Below are positions 31,343 through 44,061 of a stretch of DNA of 54,617 nt, piece by piece. Made by a program: the position numbers and the translations under genes. The stretch comes from Myxococcota bacterium (GTDB lineage Bacteria; Myxococcota_A; UBA796; CAJQPC01), in the NCBI GenBank assembly GCA_036012755.1, contig DASCPX010000002.1, forward strand, positions 1 through 54,617, written 5' to 3'. Positions within the stretch are counted from its first letter, which is position 1; the number at the start of each line of letters is the position of its first letter. The notes below the pieces were generated by a model that saw only the letters and a list, made by a program, of their open reading frames with translations, had not been told where the DNA came from and did no database searches.

Positions 31343-32989
31343 ATGGTCTTCGCCTGGCTCGTCTCAGCGAGCGCCCAGGACGTGTCGACGTCCGGGACGT
31401 TCCGCACCGAAGGGCGCTACTACTTCTCCGATCGCGTCCTCGACGACTTCCCCGAACAGCAGCGCCTCTACGACTACGCCGAGGTCGTGGGACGACTGAA
31501 CCTGCTGGCCGACGATGGTGTCTGGCAGGTCGGGACCCAGGTCGATGGTGTCGGCATGTTCTGGAACTACTACTACCTCGACGACGTGAAGACCTACGAG
31601 TTCGACCTCCTCGGCGAGGGCGCCGGATCCGCGGTCGACTCCGGCTTCGCCAACATCGAGAAGGTGTGGCTGACGCGCCGGTTCATACACGGACGGCTCC
31701 AGCTCGGGGATGGCTACGCGAGCTTCGGCCGCGGTCTGGCCTTGAACATCGTCAAGAACACCGACATCGACGTCGACACCTCCATCGTCGGCGCCAAGAC
31801 CACCGTGACGCGCAACGACTGGGACCTCCAGGTGATCGCGGGCCTGTCGAACGAGCAGCAGGTCCTCCAGGACAACCCGAACCGCCAGGTCCGAGGCAAC
31901 CGGTACCACCTCGTCAGCGGTGTCCGCATCGATCGATGGGGGCTCGGACCAGCCAACATCGGCGTGCACGGGGTGGCGGTCGAGCTCGCCGACACACTGG
32001 ATGCAGAGAAGCCCTTCGCGAGCATCGGCGAGCTCGGAGACGGCGGCTTCGACGCCCTGGTCGCCGGGGCCACCGCAGAGCTCTACGCGGCTGGTGTGGA
32101 CTGGTTCTTCGAGGGCGACGCCTACCGGTACGCCGAGCCGCTGATGTTCGCGACTGGCGAGGTCGAGCCTGGCTACGCAGCCTACGGCTCCGCCAGCTTC
32201 TACCCGGGTCCGCTCGCCGTGCTCTTGGAGGCCAAGCGCTACAAGAACACCGAGCGCGTCAACGCGATCACGGTGGGGGAGGGCTACGAGCTGATGGTCG
32301 GCCCCACGCTGGAGTACGAGCGCGTCATCACAGAGGACAGCTCCGCCGCCATCAACAGCAACGACATCTGGGGCGGTCGAGCTCGGGTGAACCTCTCCCT
32401 GAAGAAGGGCAAGGCGGTCCCCTACGTCGCACTCGGCGCCTATCGGGACCTCGAGCTCGGCGGCCTGCACTTCAACCGGGCCCCGGAGACGATCGTCCAC
32501 CCGGTCGTCGGGCTGGACCTGGTGGGCGGCGTGCACACGCTCCTGCTCAACAGCGGATACCGGGTGGACCTCCGGGACGAGGACTTCGGTCGGGATCGGC
32601 TCGCCCACATCGACGCCACCTGGGCCTTTCCGCTCCCGAAGCACCTCCACGGCGAGGTCATCTGGGACGCCTACAGCTTCCAGTGGGGCGACAACGCCAT
32701 CCAGCAGCACGACTTCGTCACGAGCAGCCTGGCCCTGGCCGGCTTCACAGAGGGCGGCTGGGCCTTCGTGCTCTACAACGACTGGACGAACGACCCGCTC
32801 GTCGACTCGACGGGCAACATCACCGATCAGACCTACCTCGCGGGAGAGGTGCAGTGGCAGCCCACCGACAGCACCACGCTGAAGGGCTTCTACGGCGCCT
32901 ACAAGGCCGGCATTCGCTGTGCCGGCGGCCAGTGCAAGCGCCTCCCGGGATTCGAAGGTGCGCGAGTCACCGCGACGATAGCTTTCTAG
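31343..32989 (+). CDS. DUF6029-like outer-membrane beta-barrel protein
   Basis: GDGYASFGRGLAL, C-terminal GIRCAGGQCKRLPGFEG, terminal Phe, adjacent to tlpA. Family assignment is from recalled motifs. Confidence 0.72.
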   Translation: MVFAWLVSASAQDVSTSGTFRTEGRYYFSDRVLDDFPEQQRLYDYAEVVGRLNLLADDGVWQVGTQVDGVGMFWNYYYLDDVKTYEFDLLGEGAGSAVDSGFANIEKVWLTRRFIHGRLQLGDGYASFGRGLALNIVKNTDIDVDTSIVGAKTTVTRNDWDLQVIAGLSNEQQVLQDNPNRQVRGNRYHLVSGVRIDRWGLGPANIGVHGVAVELADTLDAEKPFASIGELGDGGFDALVAGATAELYAAGVDWFFEGDAYRYAEPLMFATGEVEPGYAAYGSASFYPGPLAVLLEAKRYKNTERVNAITVGEGYELMVGPTLEYERVITEDSSAAINSNDIWGGRARVNLSLKKGKAVPYVALGAYRDLELGGLHFNRAPETIVHPVVGLDLVGGVHTLLLNSGYRVDLRDEDFGRDRLAHIDATWAFPLPKHLHGEVIWDAYSFQWGDNAIQQHDFVTSSLALAGFTEGGWAFVLYNDWTNDPLVDSTGNITDQTYLAGEVQWQPTDSTTLKGFYGAYKAGIRCAGGQCKRLPGFEGARVTATIAF

Positions 32990-33017
32990 TGGGCGAGACC
33001 GCCCCTCAGGAGATCCC

Positions 33018-33923
33018 ATGTTCCTAGCCATCACCCTCGCTCAGGCCGGAGTCGTCGACGTGTCCTCCGTCACTGCCTCGCGCACGCTGCCAGACGACGA
33101 GGGCGTCAGCTACGCCGAGCAGAACACGCAGGACCACAAGCAGTCGACCGTCTGGGTCGAAGGCGACACCAGCGGCTCGGGGCTGGGTGACTGGATCCAG
33201 TTCGACTTCGACGGCGAGGTCACGTTGACCAGCTTCCGTGTCTGGAACGGGAACTTCTACAGCTACGACTTCTGGAACCGCCACAACCGCATCAAGGAGC
33301 TGGAGCTCGAGTTCTCTGACGGCACCAAGCAGGTGATCACCCTCACGGACGAGATGGCGCCCGAGCTCGTGACGCTCGAGAAGCCGGTGAAGACCAGCTC
33401 GGTCAAGATGAAGATCAAGGGCATCTACCGGGGCTCCACCTTCAACGACACGGTCATCAGCGAGGTGATCTTCTTCGACCAGCGCAGCGACGGCCGCGTC
33501 CCTGTGAAGGCATACCAGGCCAGCACGGTGTACCCGGCGGATGCCGATGGCAGCTATGACCCCAAGAACCTCGGGGACGGAGCGGTCGACTCCCTGTGGT
33601 GCGAGGGCGTCGAGGACGGGGACGGAACCGGCGAGTGGGTCCAGCTCGACTTCGGCAGAAGCCACACGATCTCGAAGCTCGAGCTGGTCAACGGGAACGC
33701 CTACAACATCATGTACTTCATGAAGGGAAACCGGGCGACGGAGATGACCCTGTCGTTCTCTGACGGGTCGACCCAGACCGTGGCGGTCAAGGGTTCGCCC
33801 TCGCTGCAGACCATCGCCATCTCCCCGGTGTCGACCTCTGCCGTGAGGATGACCTTCACGGCCGTCCAGACCGGCAAGGAGTTCAACGATCTGTGCATCG
33901 CGGAGGCCGTCTTCGTCGAGTGA
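33018..33923 (+). CDS. Secreted protein with two tandem discoidin/F5/8-like domains
   Basis: Internal duplication: WVEG..GSGLGDWIQFDF..WNGN..ISEV and WCEG..GDGTGEWVQLDF..VNGN..IAEA. Confidence 0.8.
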   Translation: MFLAITLAQAGVVDVSSVTASRTLPDDEGVSYAEQNTQDHKQSTVWVEGDTSGSGLGDWIQFDFDGEVTLTSFRVWNGNFYSYDFWNRHNRIKELELEFSDGTKQVITLTDEMAPELVTLEKPVKTSSVKMKIKGIYRGSTFNDTVISEVIFFDQRSDGRVPVKAYQASTVYPADADGSYDPKNLGDGAVDSLWCEGVEDGDGTGEWVQLDFGRSHTISKLELVNGNAYNIMYFMKGNRATEMTLSFSDGSTQTVAVKGSPSLQTIAISPVSTSAVRMTFTAVQTGKEFNDLCIAEAVFVE

Positions 33924-34004
33924 CGTGCTGCTGACAAGACGGGACTACCGCAACCCTGGGTGTTGGGGCTACCATACACATCCTCAGGCACCTGGAGGCG
34001 ACCC

Positions 34005-34967
34005 ATGGTCCTGCTGTTGGCGGCGTGCCAGAGCGATCAGAACATCTCCCGCAACACGCACACCGACGTGTTCTGGCAGGAACCGGCCTCTGCCGTCGAC
34101 ATCCTCTGGGTCATCGACGACAGCAACTCCATGGCAGAGGAGCAGGCTCGGGTCGCGGACGGCTTCGAGTCCTTCATCCTGAGCATCGAAGAGACGAACA
34201 TCGACTTCCAGCTCGGCGTCATCACCACCGACATGGACCTCGACAACGAGCAACGAGCCCAGCTCCTGGGCAACCCCCGGGTGCTGACCGCCGACGACAA
34301 CTACGTCCAGCAGTTCAAGAACCTCGTGCAGGTCGGGACCGATGGCTCCGACAAGGAAAAGGGGCTCTCCGCGGCGCTGGAGGCCCTGAGCGAGCCGATG
34401 ATCTCCGGGGACAACATCGGCTTCCTCCGTGACGACGCCATCCTGTCCATCATCTTCGTCTCCGACGAGAACGACTGCTCGGATGACGAGGCGCTCTCAG
34501 GCGAGCCCAGCACGGCCTGCTACGAGGAGGCGGAGCGCCTCATCCCGATCACGGAGTTCATCTACAACTTCCGCGGCCTCAAGGGGCCGAGCGGAATGCG
34601 AGTGCTCGCCTCGGCGATCATCGGTCCCAAGGTCGCCGATGGCTGCGAAGGCAGCTGGCCCGGTCATCGCTACGCTGCTTTGGCCGAGGGCCTTGGCGGC
34701 AAGGTCGGGAACATCTGTGACGACGACTACGGCGGCCTGATGTACGACCTCGGCCTGGCGGTCTCTGGCGAGCTGAGCACCTTCCAGCTGAGCTACGCCG
34801 CGGTCATCGACAGCATCGAGGTCTACGTCGACGACGACCTCATCGAAGAGGACCCGGACGAGGGCTGGACCTACGACAGCGAGTACTGGATCCTGCGCTT
34901 CGACGGCGACTACGTGCCCGAGCGGGGCACCCAGGTCTCGGTCGCCTACGAGGTCGCCTCCGGCTGA
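34005..34967 (+). CDS. VWA/MIDAS-like lipoprotein
   Basis: MVLLLAA|C start; VDILWVIDDSNSM (DxSxS), GVITTD and FLRDDAILSIIFVSDENDCS motifs. Confidence 0.82.
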   Translation: MVLLLAACQSDQNISRNTHTDVFWQEPASAVDILWVIDDSNSMAEEQARVADGFESFILSIEETNIDFQLGVITTDMDLDNEQRAQLLGNPRVLTADDNYVQQFKNLVQVGTDGSDKEKGLSAALEALSEPMISGDNIGFLRDDAILSIIFVSDENDCSDDEALSGEPSTACYEEAERLIPITEFIYNFRGLKGPSGMRVLASAIIGPKVADGCEGSWPGHRYAALAEGLGGKVGNICDDDYGGLMYDLGLAVSGELSTFQLSYAAVIDSIEVYVDDDLIEEDPDEGWTYDSEYWILRFDGDYVPERGTQVSVAYEVASG

Positions 34968-36037
34968 CCCAGGACTTCGGCGAGGTGCTCTGCGATGGCG
35001 CCGAGGCTCTCGAGGTCGTGCACGTCCCGGCCCAGCTCGGGCACGGTCCAGATGGGCACGCCCTCTCGGGCCAGCTCCTCCAGCGCGGGTCTGTCCGACT
35101 CGGCGAGCTCGGCGGCGACCCGGGGGGCCCGGGCGACTCCCTCGCAGATGTCCTTCCAGCTCCTTGGGTCGAACCCTGGCGGCCGGGGTGGGAAGACCTC
35201 TGGCGCCAGCGCCACTGCCGAGGAGGGAGTGGGCGCGACCCGGTTCACGATGAAGCCGGCCAGCGGCATGCCGCTGTCTTCCAACAGCGCGCGGAAGGCC
35301 CGGGCTTCGGCTCGGGCGGCAGGGGCGGGGGTCGTGACCAGGAAGAAGCGGGTCTCGTCGCTCTTCAGCAGGGCTTCGACGAGGTTCCCTCGCTCGCTCA
35401 GGGCGTCCCAGAGACCTTGCATCGCGTCGAAGAACTCGGCGATCTCCCCGATGGTGCCTCGCCCGATCAGCCTCTTGAGGACTCCGGTGACGACCTCGCT
35501 GCCCCTCTCGAGGGCGCGGAACCCGCGGCTGTCCTTCGGCAGCGCGAGCCAGGTCATGACGCCCTCGTCGAAGAGCCCGGAGATGCGCCCGGGTGCCCGG
35601 AGGAACTCGACCGCGTGCCGAGAGGGTGGCGTGTCCAGCAGCACGACGTCGTAGTCCCCGGACTCGTAGAGCTCGTAGAGGCGCTCCATCGCCATGTACT
35701 CGTGGGAGCCGGCGAGGCGGGTCGAGGCGAAGCGGTAGTAGCGATTCTCCAGGATGCGATCGCGCTCGGCGTCACTGGGGGCGAAGCGCTCGACCAGGCT
35801 GTCCCAGGTCGCCTTCATGTCGAGCACCATCGCGTCGAGGTGGCAGCCGTTGAGCGGCACCCTCTGCGGTTCGTTGCCGAGGGGGCCGACACCGAGGCTG
35901 TCCGCGAGTCGTCTGGCCGGGTCGATCGTGAGCACGGCCACGCGCTGTCCGGCCTTGGCGCACCTCAGCGCCAGCGCGGCGGAGGTGGTGGTCTTGCCGA
36001 CACCGCCAGAGCCGCAACAGATCACGACCCGGGTCAC
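34946..36037 (-). CDS. ArsA/Get3-like ATPase (second of a pair)
   Basis: GSGGVGKTT, TIDPARRLA and LDTPP motifs. GTGA overlap with the upstream gene. Confidence 0.9.
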   Translation of the reverse strand: MTRVVICCGSGGVGKTTTSAALALRCAKAGQRVAVLTIDPARRLADSLGVGPLGNEPQRVPLNGCHLDAMVLDMKATWDSLVERFAPSDAERDRILENRYYRFASTRLAGSHEYMAMERLYELYESGDYDVVLLDTPPSRHAVEFLRAPGRISGLFDEGVMTWLALPKDSRGFRALERGSEVVTGVLKRLIGRGTIGEIAEFFDAMQGLWDALSERGNLVEALLKSDETRFFLVTTPAPAARAEARAFRALLEDSGMPLAGFIVNRVAPTPSSAVALAPEVFPPRPPGFDPRSWKDICEGVARAPRVAAELAESDRPALEELAREGVPIWTVPELGRDVHDLESLGAIAEHLAEVLGQPEATS

Positions 36038-36933
36038 CCCAGCCTCCGACCGAGCTCTTCGAGCTGGGGGACGCGCAGGCGCCGGGTCGACAACATCGGG
36101 AGCTCGGAGATCGGGCACTGCAGGGCGGCGAGACGTTGGCGCGCTCGCTGTTGGTTCCTCGCCCTGCGGACCGCGCGGTCGGTGAGCTCGACCGCCTCGC
36201 CGAGGTGAGCGAGGTGGGGCCTCGCCACGCTCCAGGCATCCAGGCTCGAAGCGAAGGGCGGCTCGTGGACCTCGTTGAGCACGACCGCCTGGACCTGCTC
36301 CTGGTAGGCGCCGAGCCGCTCGTGGAGTTCCAGGGTCTCGTTGATGGGCATCTCCTCGGGCAAGGTCACCAGCACGATGCAGGTGCGCAGCGGGTCCACG
36401 AAGAGGTCATGGATCTGCTTCGCCCCTTCGTGGAAGGGGCCCGCGACCGTCAGGTCCATCATCGCTCGCGGACCGTCCAGCATCGTCACGCCGTGCCCGG
36501 TCGCCGGGGCGTCGACGACGATCAGGTCCCAGACCGGACGCCCGAAGCTGGTCTCGCCCTCGAGGTCCATGATCTTGCCGAGCTGGACGAGGTCGTGGAC
36601 CCCTGGCACGCCGTCCATGAAGGGGCCCATGACCCGGTTCCGGAACACCATCTTGTAGATGGCGCGCACCTTCACCTGCTGGACGATGTAGTCCTCGATC
36701 GCCGCCTCGCCCGTGAGCGAGAGGGAATAGAGATCCGGCCCCAGAGGCCGGACCTCGTAGCCGGAGTGGTGCCTCCCGAAGAGCTCCGCGACCCGAGAGG
36801 CACCCTGGGTCTCGGCGAGCAGCACCCGCTTGCCCCTGGACGCGGCCTCTACCGCGAGCGCTGCGGCGACGGTGGTCTTGCCGACCCCACCCTTGCCTGT
36901 CACCAGGACGACACGCCGGTCGAGAAGACCCAT
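36034..36933 (-). CDS. ArsA/Get3-like ATPase (first of a pair)
   Basis: GKGGVGKTT, DAPATGH and VTLPEEMPINE motifs. Confidence 0.9.
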   Translation of the reverse strand: MGLLDRRVVLVTGKGGVGKTTVAAALAVEAASRGKRVLLAETQGASRVAELFGRHHSGYEVRPLGPDLYSLSLTGEAAIEDYIVQQVKVRAIYKMVFRNRVMGPFMDGVPGVHDLVQLGKIMDLEGETSFGRPVWDLIVVDAPATGHGVTMLDGPRAMMDLTVAGPFHEGAKQIHDLFVDPLRTCIVLVTLPEEMPINETLELHERLGAYQEQVQAVVLNEVHEPPFASSLDAWSVARPHLAHLGEAVELTDRAVRRARNQQRARQRLAALQCPISELPMLSTRRLRVPQLEELGRRLG

Positions 36934-36969
36934 GGTGCCCGACTAACGCGGCCCGATTAGCAGGGCCCC

Positions 36970-37326
36970 ATGCCCATCTACGAGTACCGCTGTCCGGACT
37001 GCGGCGAGCAGTTCGAAGAGTGGCAGAAGATGTCGGACCCGCCCGTCACCGAGTGCTCGGAGTGCGGGAAGGGCAACGTCAAGAAGCTGCTTTCCGCCCC
37101 CGCTTTCCACCTCAAGGGCGGGGGTTGGTACTCCGACCACTACGGGCTCAAGCCGAGCGGCGGTGGGGGCTCGGAGGGCAGCGATGGTTCCGGCGACACC
37201 TCGGACAGCGGCGGCACGATCGCCTCGGACGGTGCTGACTCCGGGTCCTCCGACTCAGACTCATCTGGCTCCGACTCATCTGGCTCGGGCTCGTCGAGCT
37301 CGGACTCCTCCGGGGGTGACGAGTGA
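36970..37326 (+). CDS. FmdB-family zinc-ribbon protein with an S/G/D low-complexity tail
   Basis: [12 protein letters not shown]...CSECG...FHLKGGGWY. Confidence 0.92.
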   Translation: MPIYEYRCPDCGEQFEEWQKMSDPPVTECSECGKGNVKKLLSAPAFHLKGGGWYSDHYGLKPSGGGGSEGSDGSGDTSDSGGTIASDGADSGSSDSDSSGSDSSGSGSSSSDSSGGDE

Positions 37327-38174
37327 GCGCCTGCGTCGAGCTGAGCGGCCGTCGGCTCGCGAAGAAGCTCAACCAGGGTCGCGTGCGACCAGCGGCTGCG
37401 GCGCTGCCCAGGAAGCCCGGACTGGCGGTGGTCCTGGTCGGCGGGGATCCGGCGTCGATGGTCTATGTCGGTCGCAAGACGAAGGTGGCCGGGCGTGTCG
37501 GCTTCCACCACCTCCAGATCACGCGGCCGGAAGACACCACCCAGGGCGAGCTCCTCGACATCGTCGCGAAGCTCAACGCCGACGATGAGATCGACGGCAT
37601 CCTCGTCCAGCTGCCCCTGCCTGGTCACATCGACGCCACGGCGGTGCTCGACAGGATCGATCCGGACAAGGACGTCGACGGCTTCCACCCACGCAACGCT
37701 GGCCTGCTGAGCCAGGGGCGGCCTCGCTTCGTGGCCTGCACGCCGAGGGGCGTGATGGCGCTCCTGGACGACGCCGAGGTGCCGCTCTCCGGCAAGGACG
37801 CCGTGGTGATCGGCCGCTCCAACATCGTCGGTCGTCCGATCGCCCAGCTCTTGGAGCAGCGCAACTGCACGGTCACCGTCTGCCACTCCCGCACCCGTGA
37901 CCTCGAGGAGCGGGTCCGGGCAGCCGAGGTCCTCGTCGTCGCCATCGGTCGCCCGCGGGCGATCCCCGGGGACTGGATCAGGGAGGGTGCTTGTGTCGTC
38001 GACGTGGGCATCAACCGGCTCGATGACGGCACCCTCTGCGGCGACGTCGACTACGAGGGCGCCGTGGAGCGCGCGGGCTGGATCACACCCGTGCCCGGCG
38101 GCGTCGGTCCGATGACCATCGCCATGCTCATGGCGAACACCCTGGAGAGCGCCACCCTGAGGACGAGGGGTTAG
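37323..38174 (+). CDS. folD: Methylenetetrahydrofolate dehydrogenase/cyclohydrolase
   Basis: [23 protein letters not shown] and [11 protein letters not shown] motifs. Confidence 0.96.
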   Translation: MSACVELSGRRLAKKLNQGRVRPAAAALPRKPGLAVVLVGGDPASMVYVGRKTKVAGRVGFHHLQITRPEDTTQGELLDIVAKLNADDEIDGILVQLPLPGHIDATAVLDRIDPDKDVDGFHPRNAGLLSQGRPRFVACTPRGVMALLDDAEVPLSGKDAVVIGRSNIVGRPIAQLLEQRNCTVTVCHSRTRDLEERVRAAEVLVVAIGRPRAIPGDWIREGACVVDVGINRLDDGTLCGDVDYEGAVERAGWITPVPGGVGPMTIAMLMANTLESATLRTRG

Positions 38175-38178
38175 CGCC

Positions 38179-39276
38179 ATGGTTATGAAGAAGACCGTCT
38201 TCAACGCCCAGCACCTCTCGTGCGGCGCGAGGATGGTCGACTTCGGCGGCTGGCACATGCCCGTGAGCTACGCCGGCACGCTGGCCGAGCACGCCGCGGT
38301 GCGCGAGGACGTAGGGCTCTTCGATGTCTCCCACATGGGCGAGCTGCGCGTGCGGGGCCCCGAATCGCTCGCCGCGCTCCAGCATGTGCTCAGCAACGAC
38401 GTGGCCCCGCTGTCGGTGGGCCAGTCGCTCTACGCGGCGCTGATGCACCACTCCGGCGGCATCGTCGACGATGTCTTCGTCTACCGGCTGGGGCTGCACG
38501 ACTACCTCGTCTGCGTCAACGCCAGCAACCGGGACAAGGACTTCGCCTACCTCAGCGCCAACAACCCCCATCGCGCCGAGATCACCAACGAGAGCGACGC
38601 CTGGGCGCAGCTGGCGATCCAGGGTCGTCGCGCCTGTGAGCTGACCCGGTCCCTGACCGCCGCGCCCATCGCCGAGACCGAACGCGGCGCCATCGTCAGC
38701 GGCGACTTCGCTGGGGTCGAGGGCTGCTGGCTGGCCCGCACGGGCTACACCGGCGAGGACGGCTTCGAGATCTTCATGCCCTTGGAGCGGCCCGAAGCGG
38801 TCGCGGCCACCTGGCAGCGCGTGCTCGACGCCGGAGCAGCGCCCATAGGCCTGGGTGCCCGAGACACCCTGCGGCTCGAGGCGCGGAACGTGCTCTATGG
38901 CAACGACATCGACGACGACACGAGCCCGCTGGAGGCCGGCCTCGGCTGGATCACCAAGCTCGCCAAGGGCGAGTTCCTTGGTCGTGGGGCCCTCTTGCGG
39001 CAGAAGGAGCAGGGGGTGGCGCACCGCCTCGTGGGCCTGGTGGTCGACAAGCGCATCGCTCGGCCACACTGCCAGATCGAGAGCGAGGCCGGCGAGCTGA
39101 TAGGCGAGGTGACCAGCGGCTCCCGCAGCCCCACCCTCGGCACCAACATCGCCCTAGGCTACGTGAAGGCGGAGAAGGGGAACGCGCGCCCCGGAAACCG
39201 TGTCGTGGTCGACGTCCGCGGGCGCAAGGCGACGGCCACCGTCGTGAAGGGCCCCTTCTGGAAGCGCGACTACTGA
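38179..39276 (+). CDS. gcvT: Glycine cleavage system aminomethyltransferase
   Basis: FGGWHMP, FDVSHMG, RTGYTGEDGFE and GARDTLRLEA motifs. Confidence 0.96.
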   Translation: MVMKKTVFNAQHLSCGARMVDFGGWHMPVSYAGTLAEHAAVREDVGLFDVSHMGELRVRGPESLAALQHVLSNDVAPLSVGQSLYAALMHHSGGIVDDVFVYRLGLHDYLVCVNASNRDKDFAYLSANNPHRAEITNESDAWAQLAIQGRRACELTRSLTAAPIAETERGAIVSGDFAGVEGCWLARTGYTGEDGFEIFMPLERPEAVAATWQRVLDAGAAPIGLGARDTLRLEARNVLYGNDIDDDTSPLEAGLGWITKLAKGEFLGRGALLRQKEQGVAHRLVGLVVDKRIARPHCQIESEAGELIGEVTSGSRSPTLGTNIALGYVKAEKGNARPGNRVVVDVRGRKATATVVKGPFWKRDY

Positions 39277-39286
39277 GGAGGCAGGC

Positions 39287-39670
39287 GTGAGCTACCCCCG
39301 CGAGCTGAGGTACAGCGAGGACCACGAGTGGGTTCGGGTCGAGGGCGACGTCGTCGCGGTCGGCGTCACCGATCATGCCCAGGGCCAGCTCGGCGACATC
39401 GTCTACGTGGAGCTGCCCGAGCTCGGCGAGGAGGTCGCCGCCGGCGACACGGTCTGCGAGGTCGAGTCGGTCAAGGCCGTCAGCGACATCATCGCCCCGG
39501 TCTCGGGCAAGATCGTCGAGGTCAACGAGGTGCTCGAAGACACAGGAGAGCTCATGAACTCGGCTCCCTACGGCGAGGGCTGGATCTTCAAGCTCGAGCT
39601 CACCGACGCGACCGAGCTCGACGGGCTCATGGACGCGGCCGCCTACCAGTCCCTCGTGGAAGAGGGCTGA
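39287..39670 (+). CDS. gcvH: Glycine cleavage system H protein
   Basis: [15 protein letters not shown] and ESVKA (lipoyl Lys) motifs. Confidence 0.97.
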   Translation: MSYPRELRYSEDHEWVRVEGDVVAVGVTDHAQGQLGDIVYVELPELGEEVAAGDTVCEVESVKAVSDIIAPVSGKIVEVNEVLEDTGELMNSAPYGEGWIFKLELTDATELDGLMDAAAYQSLVEEG

Positions 39671-39672
39671 GG

Positions 39673-42504
<2,832 letters not shown>

Positions 42505-44061
42505 CGGCGCTCGCCGCGCTGCTGCTGGCCGTCGCGGTTTCGTGGCCGCTGGCGCTTCACCTCGACACCCACCTGCTGTCGCCGGCCCAGCACCCCGACG
42601 TGCAGGTCGGCGGGCTGTTCTGGCCAAAGGCCGTCGCGCACTCGGTCCTGTCGCTGGAGGACCCCTTCTTCCGCAAGGAGCTCGCCTGCCCGCTGGGCCA
42701 GGACGTGACCCTGGTGACCTGGAACCTCGCGCTCCAGGTGCTCCTGATCCCGATCACCTCCTGGGCTTCTCCGGTGGCGGCGCTGAACCTCTCGGCGCTG
42801 GCCATCGCCGTGCTCAACGGCCTCGCCTTCGCCTGGGCGGGCTGGCGCTTCAGCGGGGACTGGCGAGGCGGCGCCTGGGCCCTGGTCCTCGGGACCTGCG
42901 CGGCTGGTCCTCTGTCCGAGGTCGGGCTCGGCCACATGGACCAGGCCTTCCTTGCACCCCAGGCGGTCTTCTTTGTCGCGTTGGCGACGCGGAGGAGGGC
43001 GCTGGCGACGGTCGCGCTGGCGCTCGCGGGGGCCGTCTACTGGTTCAACGCGCTGTTCTTGCTGGTGCTGGCGCTGGTCCTTCTGCTCGCCATCCGGCGC
43101 AAGGAGCTCCTGGTCGACCTGGCCACCATCGGTGGTGCGGCCTTGCTCTTCATCCTGCCCCTGTTGATCCCGGTGCTCTTGGCGAGGTGGGAGCAGCCAG
43201 AGGTCCTGGCCCTGGTCGAGGACCCGGGGCCCGTGCGTCAGCTCCGAGAGACCTACTCGTTGGCGCTGTCCAGCTTCCTCGGGCCCTTGCCCTCCGTGGA
43301 CCTCGCGCGTCCCCACCACCTGCGACCATCCCTGCTCGCCCTGCCGCTGTTGGCGGTCGGGGCCTGGAAGCTGAGAGGGCAGGGCAGGGCGCTGTCCGCC
43401 GCGGGTCTGGTCGCCATGGTGCTGGCGCTGGGCCCGCGCATCTTCCTGGCCCCTGGGATGCCACTGATCCCGGGACCTGCCGCTTTGTTGCACCTCCTCC
43501 CTGGCTTCGAGCAGCTCCGTTGGCCAGCGCGGTGGGCCCTGCAAGCGCTGCCTCTGCTGGCGGCCGTCGGCGGCGCGATGCTCGCCAGGCGTCCAAGGCT
43601 CCTGGTGGGGCTGGTGGTCGTCCTCGTGATCGAAGCTCGAGTGGTCCGGTCCGCCTCTCCGGAGCTCGCGCCCTTCGGCGTGAACCCGGCCCTGATGGAG
43701 CTCGAGGGGCCGGTGGTCCAGGTACCCTCGGCGTCCCTGCCCAACGGCTTCGTCGGGCTCCAGGCGATGCACGGCCAGCCCATCGACGGTGGCATCGGCT
43801 TCCAGTTCCCGGAGATGGTCCGGCTCCACGACCGCGACGTCGAGCTGCTCGCCGCCATCGACGCCATCGGCATGCACGAGACTCCGGACCCGGACCCGGA
43901 CTGGGGGCCCTTCCGGCACGTCGCGCTCTACCCGGTCGGCCCCAAGGAGCAGCAGCGCCACTGGGAGAGCGACCTGAAACGCCTGCTCGGACCGCCTTTA
44001 CACGAATCTCGCGACCTGATGCTCTGGACGAAGTAAGTTCTCTGCGCGCCGAGGATCCCAA

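Noticed and set aside
34946..36933. Arsenic-resistance operon
   Set aside because: There is no arsB/acr3, arsC, arsD or arsR, and the proteins are single-domain ArsA-like ATPases.
38100..38180. Glycine riboswitch upstream of gcvT
   Set aside because: Only 4 bp separate folD from gcvT.
39328..39672. Extended GcvP N-terminus or a GcvH-GcvP fusion
   Set aside because: It is an out-of-frame overlap with gcvH; homology begins at the GTG at 39673.
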